Source of the DNA: Parcubacteria group bacterium
Lineage (GTDB): Bacteria; Patescibacteriota; Minisyncoccia; Phycocordibacterales; Phycocordibacteraceae
Direction: 5' to 3'
Assembly (NCBI GenBank): GCA_028286605.1
Contig: JAQBRE010000002.1
Location: forward strand, 124,219 to 188,218
DNA: 64,000 nt
Part shown: positions 9,538 to 19,603 of the stretch, one piece after another
Layout of the letters: each line of letters opens with the position of its first letter
How positions within the stretch are numbered: position 1 is the first letter of the stretch
Notes under the pieces: generated by a model
What the model saw: only the letters and a program-made list of their open reading frames with translations
Told to the model about the DNA's origin: nothing
Database searches by the model: none
Position numbers and translations under genes: made by a program

Positions 9538-9610
9538 ATATAAAGATGATGCCCCTAAGTATAGAGGCATCATCTTTCAAACCAAAATAAAGAATGTTTA
9601 CTGCTGCCGT

Positions 9611-10129
9611 TTATTTCTTGTCGGCGTAGAGCTTCATCGCGCGTTCGAATGCTGCTTCGGCCTGCGCCTTGCCTTCGAATTCGCCAACCTGCACTTCCTT
9701 CTTCTGAATCTGCTTATAGGTAGCGAAGAAGTGCGAGATTTCCTTGAGCATGTGCTGGTTCACGTCAGCGATGTCCTGAATCTGTGCGAAACGGGGATCA
9801 TCAACAGGTACCGCAATGATCTTCTCGTCAGGTTCACCGCCATCAATCATGGGCATGATGCCAACGGGGCGCGCACGTACGAGGATGCCAGGTACGAGCG
9901 GATACGTGGTGAGAAGCACCACATCAAGCGCGTCGCCGTCATCCCAGAGCGTCTGCGGTACGAAGCCATAGTCGAAGGGATAATCCTGCGCCGAGTGCAG
10001 AACGCGGTCGAGCGCGATGAGGCCGGTCTCCTTGTCTATCTCATACTTATTCTTCGAGCCTTTGTTGATCTCGATGATGACGTTCATCTGCTCCTTCGTC
10101 CCTGGTGCAATGTCGTGCAATAGGTTCAT
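9611..10129 (-). CDS. ppa: Inorganic pyrophosphatase
   Basis: Family I PPase motifs (DGDALDVVLL, MIDGGE). Confidence 0.9.
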   Translation of the reverse strand: MNLLHDIAPGTKEQMNVIIEINKGSKNKYEIDKETGLIALDRVLHSAQDYPFDYGFVPQTLWDDGDALDVVLLTTYPLVPGILVRARPVGIMPMIDGGEPDEKIIAVPVDDPRFAQIQDIADVNQHMLKEISHFFATYKQIQKKEVQVGEFEGKAQAEAAFERAMKLYADKK

Positions 10130-10134
10130 AAGAA

Positions 10135-11586
10135 TTATGCGTTATCGGCGAGTGTCTCTGAGGATTCGTCGCGTGCTTCGCGTTCCTCTGAAACCGCTGC
10201 GTTGTCGGTGAATGCTACCTCCTCTTCCATAGCGAGGCCTTCAGCGGGTGTTTCGTCTGCAGCATCAGTGATGATGGAATCCATATCACCCGTGTCGAGA
10301 CCGATTTCCTTTGCTGGATCGCTCTCTTCAGCTTCTTCTGCATCTTCTATCGCCACCTCAGCGTCTGCGATAGCGACCTGTGCCGCTTCAACGCGTGCTA
10401 CGGATGCGCCTTCGTTCGTGTCAGACTCGCCGACGTTCTCGCCGCCGGTTGATGCGATGTCGATGTTCCAACCCGTGAGCTTCGCTGCGAGGCGAACGTT
10501 CTGGCCGCCGCGACCGATAGCAAGAGACTGCTGGTCTTCGGAAACCGTAACAGTTGCACGGTGTCCTTCTTCGTCGAGCTCGACGCTCGTAACGGTTGCA
10601 GGAGAAAGCGCTTCCTTGATGAACGCTGCCTGGTCTTCAGACCATTCGATGATGTCGATGCGTTCGCCGCCGAGTGCACCCATAACGGTCGAAACGCGTA
10701 CGCCGCGCTGACCGACGAGTGAACCGACTGGGTCTACGTGCGGATCAATCGAGGCGATAGCGATCTTGGTACGAGCGCCCGCTTCGCGGGCGATGCCCTT
10801 AACCTCGAGCGCACCGCTAGCGAGTTCCGGAGCCTCCATCTCGAAGAGCTTGATGAGGAACTTAGGATGCGAACGGGAAAGGCGAAGATATACGCCACGA
10901 AAACCCTCGTCTACGTTATATAGGTATGCGGCGATGCGCTCTCCTGGGCGATAGCGTTCGCCAGGAATCTGCTCCTCGTAGGGAATGATGCCGGTTGCAC
11001 GGCCGAGGTCGATGAATATCGCGCCGCGCTCAACGCGCTGCACGATACCGCTTACGACTTCGCCCTTCTTGTGGCCGAATTCCTCAAGGATTGAAAGCTT
11101 CTCTGCCTCGCGGATCTTCTGGATAACGACCTGCTTCGCCGTCTGTGCAGCGATACGGCCGAAATCATCCTGCGGCTCGAGAGGGAATACTATTTCGCCA
11201 CCGAGTTCAGCGTCGCGCTTAATGCGCTTCGCATCTTCCAAAAGCATGTGCTTTTCAGCGTCATAACGGGGAAGTTCGCCTTCAGCGACGATTTCCTCGC
11301 CTTCATGCTGGAAATACTTAGCAACAGGAGCCTGCTCTTCTTCAGCGAGTTCCTCTTCGTTAGGGAAACGCACCATCGTGTCGTCCACGATAGTCTTTAC
11401 CTGTTCGAAACCGACGGTACCGCCGTTCATGTCGACCATGGCACGGATAACCTGGCCGCGCTTTCCGTATTCCTTCTTATAGGCAGTGGCCATCGCGCTT
11501 TCGATAGCCTCCATCATGGTTTCGCGGGTGATTCCGCGGTCTTCGAACTCCCCGAGCACTGAATTGATTGTTTTTAGATCCAACAT
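10135..11586 (-). CDS. nusA: Transcription termination/antitermination factor NusA with a long acidic C-terminal tail
   Basis: NusA N-terminus, S1 and two KH domains recognisable. About 100 aa Asp/Glu/Ala-rich tail. Confidence 0.9.
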   Translation of the reverse strand: MLDLKTINSVLGEFEDRGITRETMMEAIESAMATAYKKEYGKRGQVIRAMVDMNGGTVGFEQVKTIVDDTMVRFPNEEELAEEEQAPVAKYFQHEGEEIVAEGELPRYDAEKHMLLEDAKRIKRDAELGGEIVFPLEPQDDFGRIAAQTAKQVVIQKIREAEKLSILEEFGHKKGEVVSGIVQRVERGAIFIDLGRATGIIPYEEQIPGERYRPGERIAAYLYNVDEGFRGVYLRLSRSHPKFLIKLFEMEAPELASGALEVKGIAREAGARTKIAIASIDPHVDPVGSLVGQRGVRVSTVMGALGGERIDIIEWSEDQAAFIKEALSPATVTSVELDEEGHRATVTVSEDQQSLAIGRGGQNVRLAAKLTGWNIDIASTGGENVGESDTNEGASVARVEAAQVAIADAEVAIEDAEEAEESDPAKEIGLDTGDMDSIITDAADETPAEGLAMEEEVAFTDNAAVSEEREARDESSETLADNA

Positions 11587-11785
11587 ATCTTCAATATTTA
11601 GTTTTTCGCACGTATTTAATTACTCTCATTCTCTCACATCCCGTCCAAATGATTAAACGGCCTTAAAAAGAAAGGCCCGCGGGAGCGGACTTCTCAGATA
11701 GGCGCAGGATACCATATATAGGTATTGCGTCAATGACTAGAGGGGCGTAGGATGGCCCCAGACCACAGAAAGAAGGAAAGTTCAA

Positions 11786-12391
11786 ATGAACGCTATGGGT
11801 AAGATCAAGGTAACGATCAGTCCGGAATCTCCACGTAAGTTCGCCAAGGAACAAACCCGGCAAAAGGCCATCGATGCCGCCTGGTACCTGTTCGCCAACA
11901 ATAAATATGCCGAGGTCACTGTTCGTGACATTGCTCAATTGATGGGCAAATCAACGGGCGCGTTCTTCGCGAGCTTCACCAGCAAAGAGGAAGCCTTTGC
12001 TGCTGTCGTAACGGAGGGATACGCTGAATACGAAAAAGCGGCAACGGACTATCTCGCTCACCATACCGTGAACGACGAGACTATCGGAAAGTTCGTGGTC
12101 AGGATTCTTGGGATCGACCATGAGAATCTGGAGCGGCTCAATCTCTTGCGCACCGAAATGGAAATCTCCATGACGGCAAAGCCGGAAGAGAGCCTGCTCA
12201 ATAAACGGAAGCAATTCCTTTATGACTTGCTGCTTTCGCATTACGACCAGGATCGCGCGGTCGGGCTGTATCTGGACTTCGCGTGGGCGCTGCACCTCGA
12301 CGATTGCCGTGAAGCTCATGCTCTGCCTGTTCTCGGGTCGCGCATGGGCATGATCGATCGGTCGCTGAAGAGCGAACTTTCTTCGCTCTAG
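11786..12391 (+). CDS. TetR/AcrR family transcriptional regulator
   Basis: N-terminal HTH: TVRDIAQLMGKSTGAFFASF. Confidence 0.7.
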   Translation: MNAMGKIKVTISPESPRKFAKEQTRQKAIDAAWYLFANNKYAEVTVRDIAQLMGKSTGAFFASFTSKEEAFAAVVTEGYAEYEKAATDYLAHHTVNDETIGKFVVRILGIDHENLERLNLLRTEMEISMTAKPEESLLNKRKQFLYDLLLSHYDQDRAVGLYLDFAWALHLDDCREAHALPVLGSRMGMIDRSLKSELSSL

Positions 12392-12428
12392 TAGTGACGA
12401 ACATTCTTTTCCCCTTACGAGCATGACA

Positions 12429-12470
12429 AAGCGCGCCGCGATTCCTATCGCGGCGCGTTATACTTTATAT
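12429..12470 (+). terminator. Intrinsic terminator after the TetR gene
   Basis: gcgcgccgcgat-tcct-atcgcggcgcg followed by a T-rich tract. Confidence 0.65.
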
Positions 12471-12480
12471 ACAAACGCGC

Positions 12481-14232
12481 ATGCAAGTCTCTGAAAGCGA
12501 ATTGAAAGCATTCATTCTTGATTCCGGCTTAGTTGCCCGGAAGGAAGTTGAGGCTGCAGAAACAGAAGGGAAGGAACGCAAGCAATCGCTCGGCGATATT
12601 CTCGTTTCACAGGGGGCGCTCACTAGTGACGCGCTTCGTCGCATCAAAGCATACGTGCTCGGCATTCCGTTCGTGAACCTTAAGGACTTGAAAGTGCCAT
12701 TCGAAATCCTTTCTCTCATACCTGAACCGATCGCACGCACGCACAACATCATCGCGTTCCGTAAGAATGGCCAGGAGTTGGAAGTGGCGATGCTTGATAC
12801 AGAAGATCTTCCTGCTATCGATTCCGTACGAAAGAAGACCGGCTTGAAAATCCTTCCGCGCCTTACGGATGACGATTCCATCAAGCATTCCTTGATGCAG
12901 TATCAAAAATCCCTGAAGGAAGAATTCGGCGACCTCATCACCACGGAAGCAGGAAAGCTAACGCTCGTTAAGGAATCAGACGGCGAAGAGAAGTCCGGCG
13001 ATGAGCTTAAGAAGATGGCGGAAGATCTGCCGATCGTGCGTATCGTCGATACGCTGCTTCGCCATGCGATCATCCAGGGCGCGTCCGACATCCACATCGA
13101 ACCGATGGAGCAGGAAGTGCTCGTGCGCTATCGCATCGACGGCACGCTGCATGATGCAATGACGCTTCCGAAGCAAGCTACTTCCGGTATCACCGCACGC
13201 ATCAAAGTGCTTGCGAACCTGAAGCTCGATGAGAAACGCTTGCCGCAAGACGGTCGCTTCAAGATGGAAACGGATGCAGACAAAGTTTCGTTCCGCGTGT
13301 CGTTGCTCCCAACGTATTACGGCGAGAAGATCGTGATGCGTTTGCTGCGCGAAACCGGCGAAGGCTTCAGCCTTGAATCACTCGGTTTCCATGGAGAAAC
13401 GATGGAGCGTATTCATGGTTCGATGAAAGCGACGACCGGTATCATTCTCGTATCGGGCCCTACGGGTTCTGGAAAGACGACGACGCTCTATACGATTCTC
13501 GATATCCTGAATCAGCCGGACGTAAATATCTCGACGATCGAAGATCCTATCGAGTATCAGATGAAGCGCGTGAACCAGACGCAGGTGAATCCTGCGATCG
13601 GTTTCAGTTTCGCCGACGGCCTTCGCGCACTGCTTCGCCAGGACCCGAACATCATCATGGTGGGAGAAATCCGCGATAAGGAAACCGCATCGCTCGCTAT
13701 CAATGCAGCGCTCACCGGTCACGTCGTGCTTTCAACCATTCACACCAACTCCGCTGCCGGCGCGATTCCGCGTCTCATGGATATGGGCGTCGAGCCATTC
13801 CTTCTTGTTTCCACACTTCGCTTGATCGTTGGCCAGCGTCTCGTACGTCGCCTCTGCGACGACAAGGAAACCTATACGCCAGACGCAGCAGCGCGTGACA
13901 AGATCGCAACGAAAGATAAGTTCGAGTCTGCGCTCAATTCGCTTATAGAAGAGAAGCTTGTTACTAAGGGTACGAAGATCGATCAGATCCCGTTCTTCCG
14001 TCCGAAAGCATCGGCTGAATGCGAAGACGGATACAAGAGCCGTGTCGGTATCCATGAGATTCTCACCGTTTCACCGACGATAAAAGACATGATCATTCAT
14101 GGCGGGTCACCAGATGCTATCGAGGAGCAAGGACGTAAGGAAGGAATGCTCACGATGCTCGAAGACGGTTTGTATAAAGCAGCGCGCGGCATCACGTCGC
14201 TCGAAGAAGTGCTTCGCGTTATTTCGGAATAA
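12481..14232 (+). CDS. pilB: Type IV pilus assembly ATPase PilB (GspE family)
   Basis: N-terminal GSPII_E_N domain, Walker A GPTGSGKTTTL, and Asp/His boxes. Confidence 0.9.
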   Translation: MQVSESELKAFILDSGLVARKEVEAAETEGKERKQSLGDILVSQGALTSDALRRIKAYVLGIPFVNLKDLKVPFEILSLIPEPIARTHNIIAFRKNGQELEVAMLDTEDLPAIDSVRKKTGLKILPRLTDDDSIKHSLMQYQKSLKEEFGDLITTEAGKLTLVKESDGEEKSGDELKKMAEDLPIVRIVDTLLRHAIIQGASDIHIEPMEQEVLVRYRIDGTLHDAMTLPKQATSGITARIKVLANLKLDEKRLPQDGRFKMETDADKVSFRVSLLPTYYGEKIVMRLLRETGEGFSLESLGFHGETMERIHGSMKATTGIILVSGPTGSGKTTTLYTILDILNQPDVNISTIEDPIEYQMKRVNQTQVNPAIGFSFADGLRALLRQDPNIIMVGEIRDKETASLAINAALTGHVVLSTIHTNSAAGAIPRLMDMGVEPFLLVSTLRLIVGQRLVRRLCDDKETYTPDAAARDKIATKDKFESALNSLIEEKLVTKGTKIDQIPFFRPKASAECEDGYKSRVGIHEILTVSPTIKDMIIHGGSPDAIEEQGRKEGMLTMLEDGLYKAARGITSLEEVLRVISE

Positions 14233-14305
14233 GTCTTCATTGACCGCATCTGCGGCTAATGGTTAGATAGCGGCAGTACGAAACCTAGCGATCAAGGAGG
14301 ACCGC

Positions 14306-14533
14306 ATGATACAAGCTTCGCCTAAAGCCCCGATCGGAACATTCATCGTTGCGGAACTGCTCCGTAGCGACAACAGATGGTCGGTGGTCGGTGAGCCGCA
14401 TGAATCGCTCGAAGTGGCACGAGAAATGGCACGGCAACTTAATCTGCCGAGCACTCCCGAGCTCGCCTACTTCGTCTGTGATCACAACGGCATCGTTCCT
14501 GAAAAGACTCTTTCGGATACCAATACGAAGTAG
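14306..14533 (+). CDS. Small hypothetical protein (75 aa) between pilB and pilC
   Basis: Perfect Shine-Dalgarno AAGGAGG 6 nt upstream of ATG. Followed by a terminator. Confidence 0.5.
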   Translation: MIQASPKAPIGTFIVAELLRSDNRWSVVGEPHESLEVAREMARQLNLPSTPELAYFVCDHNGIVPEKTLSDTNTK

Positions 14534-14559
14534 CCAAAGATCCTTTCCGGCTTCTTATC

Positions 14560-14601
14560 GAAGACCCGTTTCCGCCTTGCGGAAACGGGTCTTTCGCTTT
14601 T
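14560..14601 (+). terminator. Intrinsic terminator
   Basis: gacccgtttccgc-cttg-cggaaacgggtc + tttcgctttt. Confidence 0.75.
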
Positions 14602-14622
14602 ACCGCATGCTACGATAGCGTT

Positions 14623-15840
14623 ATGAAATTCAGCGTCGTGGTGAAATTGCCAGACGGCAGCGAAGAGAATCGCATGATCGACGCGAAGACGCGCTTCGCC
14701 GTGTATGAACAGATAGAAAAAGAAGGAGCGTCAGTCCTTACGCTTGAAGAAGGGAAGGGCGGAGGCATGCCGAAGTGGGCGAACATAAGTTTTGGCGGCG
14801 GCCATATCAAGAGCGAGCAGCGCATCACTCTCACCAAGAACCTTTCCGCTATGCTTACGGCAGGCTTGACGCTTTCACGAGCACTCTCTGTTATCGAACG
14901 CCAGTCTAAGAATAAATATCTGAAGACGGTCGTAAGCACGCTCGAGACTGCAGTGAAATCTGGCCTCTCATTCCACGAAGGCCTCCAGCAATTCCCGAAA
15001 GTCTTCTCGCCGCTCTTCATCGCCATGACCAAGGCAGGCGAGGAATCAGGAAAGCTTTCTGATTCGCTCAAAGTAGTTTCAAAGCAGATGGAGAGCTCTG
15101 AAGCGCTTACGAAGAAAATCAAAGGCGCAATGATCTATCCGTCTATCATCCTCGTCGCCATCGTCATCATCGGTATCCTCATGCTCGTCTTCGTGGTGCC
15201 GACGCTTGCGAGCACCTTCGCTTCATTTGGTGGCACGCTCCCGCTCGCGACGCGCATTATTATCGCGATGTCTGACTTCGTCGTGAAGAATGTCATCCTC
15301 GTGGTCATCCTCGTTGCCGGCGTCATCGGCGGCTTCATGTATTTCATACGCACGAAGATCGGCAGCGCCATCATGCTGTTCGCTGCGCTGCACATGCCGG
15401 TTATCGGTGAACTCACGCGCGAGACCATGAGCGCCCGCGCTGCACGCACGCTTTCATCGCTTCTTTCTTCCGGTGTCGAGATGCTTTCTGCTATAGAAAT
15501 AACCGGAGAAGTGGTCGGAAAGAACGTATTCGGTAAGGTGCTCGTTGAGGCAGGCGAGCGCGTGAAGAAAGGAGAACAGCTTTCCACGACATTCGAATCG
15601 TATCCGAAACTCTACCCGCTCCTCTTTACGGACATGATCGCTGTGGGAGAAGAGACCGGTAAGGTGTCAGAGATGCTCGGCCAGGTGGCTGAATATTATG
15701 AAGGTGACGTCGAAGACCGTACGAAGGATCTTTCCACTATCATCGAGCCGCTCCTCATGCTCTTCATCGGTGCTTTCGTCGGCGTGTTCGCAATCGCCAT
15801 GATCGCTCCTATCTACTCGCTCTCGAGCACGATCAGCTAA
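14623..15840 (+). CDS. pilC: Type IV pilus inner-membrane platform protein PilC (GspF family)
   Basis: Two GspF repeats, 3 TM helices. Confidence 0.9.
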   Translation: MKFSVVVKLPDGSEENRMIDAKTRFAVYEQIEKEGASVLTLEEGKGGGMPKWANISFGGGHIKSEQRITLTKNLSAMLTAGLTLSRALSVIERQSKNKYLKTVVSTLETAVKSGLSFHEGLQQFPKVFSPLFIAMTKAGEESGKLSDSLKVVSKQMESSEALTKKIKGAMIYPSIILVAIVIIGILMLVFVVPTLASTFASFGGTLPLATRIIIAMSDFVVKNVILVVILVAGVIGGFMYFIRTKIGSAIMLFAALHMPVIGELTRETMSARAARTLSSLLSSGVEMLSAIEITGEVVGKNVFGKVLVEAGERVKKGEQLSTTFESYPKLYPLLFTDMIAVGEETGKVSEMLGQVAEYYEGDVEDRTKDLSTIIEPLLMLFIGAFVGVFAIAMIAPIYSLSSTIS

Positions 15841-15912
15841 GGTTCGATCCCTTGTCTGCCAGTAAAACACTTATGCGGGTTCGATGATTTTGGACATGTA
15901 TAATCGTTTTAT

Positions 15913-16176
15913 ATGAAAGCAGTCGTTATCGGTGAACCATCGGGCGCATCAATAGAGACCATAATGACTGTGTATCCTCGCCACAAAGCCTTTGTTGATA
16001 TGTTTACCGAGCGCGGCGAAGTGATCGGAATCGGCCCTTTCACAGATCTGGGCAACATGGCTATTTTCAGGAGTCGAGAGGCTGCAGAAGAATTTGTTAC
16101 GCTTGACCCCTTTATTCTAGAGGGGTTGGTGAAATCATTTACAATTCGAGATTGGAATGACGGGATGCTTGCGTAG
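15913..16176 (+). CDS. YciI-like protein
   Basis: 87 aa, ...GPF...DPF... pattern of the YciI/Dabb fold. Confidence 0.5.
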   Translation: MKAVVIGEPSGASIETIMTVYPRHKAFVDMFTERGEVIGIGPFTDLGNMAIFRSREAAEEFVTLDPFILEGLVKSFTIRDWNDGMLA

Positions 16177-16204
16177 ATTCACTTAATAAAGTGATAACTA
16201 AATT

Positions 16205-16600
16205 ATGAAAAGAAAGCTTAGCGTGCGATCACTAAGACTTTTATTTTGGATAACGATTGCAAATTATATTGCTCAAATTCCTTACTATCTTTATAACTAT
16301 TACTTTCCGTATCATGTCTTGCCGACAGTAAGTGCAATAGGGCTTCTTGGATTCACGTTGTTGTGGTTTTTGGTTGGATATTTTGGAACTCTGCATGGCT
16401 TGAAATATTGTTTCTCGATTCTTATCGGATTTTTGTCAGTTGAAGCACTTTTCTATCTGCATTCGTTTGTGTTCGGAGCTTTCTTTTTTCAAATGCAAAA
16501 TCCGCATCTGATTATAAAAACTGTATTTTTAGTCGGATACATAAGTGGGGCAGCGGCCGGATATTATGTGTACCGTCTAATTAAATCTCCAAACGCATAG
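16205..16600 (+). CDS. Hypothetical 4-TM membrane protein in a locally AT-rich segment
   Basis: Markedly lower GC than its neighbours. 4 hydrophobic helices. Confidence 0.45.
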   Translation: MKRKLSVRSLRLLFWITIANYIAQIPYYLYNYYFPYHVLPTVSAIGLLGFTLLWFLVGYFGTLHGLKYCFSILIGFLSVEALFYLHSFVFGAFFFQMQNPHLIIKTVFLVGYISGAAAGYYVYRLIKSPNA

Positions 16601-16738
16601 ATTCCAACATCGTCCCAGATAGCTAGCGGCGCTATTTGGCAAAGAAGGCAGTTCTATTTGAGCATTTGATGCTATCCCCACCTCGTGTTTTTTCGAGGCT
16701 GCTAGGCTTCGAGGGTATACGTTAATCCGAATTCATAC

Positions 16739-17359
16739 ATGAAACTCTATTATTCTCCTGGCGCGTGCTCACTTTCGCCACATATCGTCGCTCGCGAGGG
16801 AAAACTACCTGTCGAGCTTTCCAAAGTTACGTTTTCAGCAGAAGGTCGCACGACTGCGGAGGGCGAAGATTTCTACAAACTAAACCCGAAGGGCGGGTAC
16901 ATACCAGCACTGCGAATTGATTCAGGCGAAGTTATCGCAGAAGGCGTCGCCATCGTGCAGTATCTTGCAGACCAGTCTTCCGTATCGATGACACCAGAGA
17001 AGGGTACGATTGAGTACTACCGCATGCTCGAGTGGCTTACATTCATCAGTTCAGAGCTTCATAAGGGATTTTCTCCTTTGTATGCGTCGAACATCACCGA
17101 AGAAGCTAAGGAAGCGCAGATCAAGAAGATTTTCGGCCGTATGGCATTTGCAGAACTAGAGCTCGGGAAGCATACATATCTTATCGGTGACACGTTCACC
17201 ATTGCGGATGCCTATCTGTACACGATCATGCGCTGGACGAAGCGTTTTGAAATGAGCCTTGCCGCACATCCGAACATCGCTGCGTTCATGGCACGCATGG
17301 AGCAGCGTGACGGCGTGAAGGAAGCGCTTAAGGAAGAGGAGCTCGATCCGATTCAGTAA
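16739..17359 (+). CDS. gst: Glutathione S-transferase (E. coli GstA-like)
   Basis: Near-colinear similarity to GstA: MKLYYSPGACSLSPHI...VPAL...GVAIVQYLAD...TIADAYLYTIMRW. Confidence 0.85.
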   Translation: MKLYYSPGACSLSPHIVAREGKLPVELSKVTFSAEGRTTAEGEDFYKLNPKGGYIPALRIDSGEVIAEGVAIVQYLADQSSVSMTPEKGTIEYYRMLEWLTFISSELHKGFSPLYASNITEEAKEAQIKKIFGRMAFAELELGKHTYLIGDTFTIADAYLYTIMRWTKRFEMSLAAHPNIAAFMARMEQRDGVKEALKEEELDPIQ

Positions 17360-17377
17360 GAGATTTGTAAAGGGTGC

Positions 17378-17418
17378 ACGAGTGAAGGCCGCCATGGAAC
17401 ATGGCGGCCTTCACTCGT
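17378..17418. terminator. Perfect 19-bp inverted repeat (bidirectional terminator-like hairpin)
   Basis: cacgagtgaaggccgccatg-gaa-catggcggccttcactcgtg between convergent genes. Confidence 0.6.
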
Positions 17419-17428
17419 ACCTCGTGCT

Positions 17429-17851
17429 CTATGTTTTCTTCACCACCATCGCGTGAATATCCTGCGTAAGCTCGTTATTGATCTCAATGAGGCGATGTAC
17501 TTCGTCCTGCATCTTCAGGAGCGCCTCGGCATCTTTGAATGTCTGAAGCGCCTGCTTGTCGGAAGCGGCAGCAGATACTTTCTGGCCGACCATGATTATG
17601 GAAAGCAGCACGAGCTGGATGAAGGTCTGCGCAAGCCATGCAATGAACGTGGCAACGCCGCCATGTATCGCTGCAGGAAGGCTTACTAAGGCGATTATCG
17701 CGAATAGGTACGCGCACCACATGGTACCGACGCCATTCGTAATAAGCATCGCAAGCGTTCCGTTGAAGCCGATCTGCTCATGCGTAGTAAGATGCGGGCC
17801 GGCCTTCGTTCGTTCTTCGATGCGCGGATTCGGAATATGTTCGTTTTTCAT
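17429..17851 (-). CDS. Hypothetical membrane protein (DUF1003-like?)
   Basis: Two TM helices then a coiled-coil C-terminus. Confidence 0.4.
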   Translation of the reverse strand: MKNEHIPNPRIEERTKAGPHLTTHEQIGFNGTLAMLITNGVGTMWCAYLFAIIALVSLPAAIHGGVATFIAWLAQTFIQLVLLSIIMVGQKVSAAASDKQALQTFKDAEALLKMQDEVHRLIEINNELTQDIHAMVVKKT

Positions 17852-17899
17852 ACCAGTAGTATAGAGGATAGTCGGAGCGGTGCGGTATCATGTCGCTAT

Positions 17900-19603
17900 A
17901 TGCAGCGCACGATGCGAGGGATGACACTCATCGATGTAGTCGTGGGCACGGCACTGATCCTTATCGTTTTTCTGGGTCTATTCGGGTTGATTCGCGCATC
18001 AGTGGATGTGGTGCAACTTACGAAAGCGAAAGCAGTCGCGACGACGATCGCAGAAAGTCAGATGGAATACGTGCGTTCGCTCTCCTACGGCGGTGTCGGC
18101 ACGGTTGGCGGCATTCCTTCAGGCATCATTCCGCAGAATTCAACCACGACGAGCAACGGTGTTGCGTACGGCGTGCGCACCTTTATTGATTATGCGGATG
18201 ATCCTGCAGACGGCCTTGGTGCCGCAGATACGAATGGCATCATTACGGACTATAAGCGCGTAAAGGTTACTGTGAACTACACGGCAGGCGGTCAGCCGCG
18301 CACGGTGACCCTTATTTCGAACTACAGTCCGATCGGGCTTGAAACGACCACCGGCGGCGGCACGCTGAAGATCGTCGTGGTCAGCGCGAGCGGAACAGGC
18401 GTATCGGGCGCTTCGGTGCACATTGTTAACACGGTGCTAGGCGTCGACGTAACGACGTTTTCTGATTCTACGGGCGTAGTGTATTTACCGGGCGCGTTAC
18501 CTTCGAGCCAATACCAGATATATGTAACGAAAGCCGGATACTCTTCAGCGCAGACCTATCTGCGTGATTCGACGAATCAGAATCCGACGCCAGGGTACCT
18601 CACGGTCTCAATGAACCTCACCACGACAGGCACCTTCGCCATCGATGTGCTCTCGGCGCTTACGATGCATACGTACACGCCCGTCGCCACGACAACGTAC
18701 ACTGACTCGTTCTCGAATGGTTCGAATCTTGCATCGCAAACCAATACGCAGATTACGGGCAGTTCAATTACGTTAGCGAATGGCGGTAGTGGCTACGCAC
18801 TAAGCGGTACTGCAGTATCGAATGTGATTACGCCGACGTACCTTGTTTCTTGGAGATCAGCGAGCACAACGAGTTCTATGCCGGCAGGCACGACCGTGGT
18901 GCTGCACATCGTAGACGGAAGCGGCACGCTATTGCCCGACAGCGTCCTTTCAGGAAATAGTACTGGCTTTACGGCACCGGTTGATCTTTCGGCAGTGTCG
19001 ACGACGACCTATCCGACGCTTGCGCTGCGTGCAGATCTCACGACGAATGCAACCACCACGACTCCGCTCGTGCAGGACTGGGGTCTTTCATACGCGCGTG
19101 GCCCGATACCGCTGGCAAACGTGCCGTTCACGCTTACCGGCGCTAAGACCGTCGGCTCAACCGGTGCAGGTGCTCCTATCTATAAGACGACAGTGTCGAC
19201 GACGACGGATAGTACAGGGACGAATCCGCTTTCGCTCGAATGGGATGCGTATACTCTGGCAGTTTCCAGCTACGACACGGCAGATGTCTGTAACGCGCCA
19301 CCGTATACGATCGCGCCAGGGACCAGTGCGGACACGTCGCTGTATCTCGTAGCGCCCACGACGAACTCGCTGCTGGTTTCGGCGCGTGATTCAAACGGCG
19401 CTGCCGTGCCGGGCGCAACGGTAGTCCTTTCAAAGACCGGTTTCACCAGCACGGTAACGACAAGCGCATGCGGCGGCGCATATTTCGGCGGGATAGCAGC
19501 TTCAAGCGCGTACACTATTACGGTAAGCAAGGCAGGGTACACGACGGATACGAATACCGGAGTGAATCTTACCGGCCACACTTTCTATGCAGACTCGCTT
19601 TAA
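17900..19603 (+). CDS. Large pseudopilin-like protein with carboxypeptidase-regulatory-like/Thr-Ser-rich domains
   Basis: Prepilin-type leader MQRTMRG|MTLIDVVVGTALILIV. Later GATVVLSKTGFTST...YTITVSKAGYT (CarbopepD_reg-like). Confidence 0.55.
   Translation: MQRTMRGMTLIDVVVGTALILIVFLGLFGLIRASVDVVQLTKAKAVATTIAESQMEYVRSLSYGGVGTVGGIPSGIIPQNSTTTSNGVAYGVRTFIDYADDPADGLGAADTNGIITDYKRVKVTVNYTAGGQPRTVTLISNYSPIGLETTTGGGTLKIVVVSASGTGVSGASVHIVNTVLGVDVTTFSDSTGVVYLPGALPSSQYQIYVTKAGYSSAQTYLRDSTNQNPTPGYLTVSMNLTTTGTFAIDVLSALTMHTYTPVATTTYTDSFSNGSNLASQTNTQITGSSITLANGGSGYALSGTAVSNVITPTYLVSWRSASTTSSMPAGTTVVLHIVDGSGTLLPDSVLSGNSTGFTAPVDLSAVSTTTYPTLALRADLTTNATTTTPLVQDWGLSYARGPIPLANVPFTLTGAKTVGSTGAGAPIYKTTVSTTTDSTGTNPLSLEWDAYTLAVSSYDTADVCNAPPYTIAPGTSADTSLYLVAPTTNSLLVSARDSNGAAVPGATVVLSKTGFTSTVTTSACGGAYFGGIAASSAYTITVSKAGYTTDTNTGVNLTGHTFYADSL

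Noticed and set aside
10202-10711. 169-aa ORF on the plus strand inside nusA, with similar long antisense ORFs inside rplC/rplD (43417..44082), rpsC-rplP (49255..49890) and rpsE (53531..54223)
   Set aside because: These are shadow ORFs typical of GC-rich coding DNA. The opposite strand encodes unambiguous conserved proteins, and the ORFs have low-complexity Ser/Ala/Arg-rich translations.
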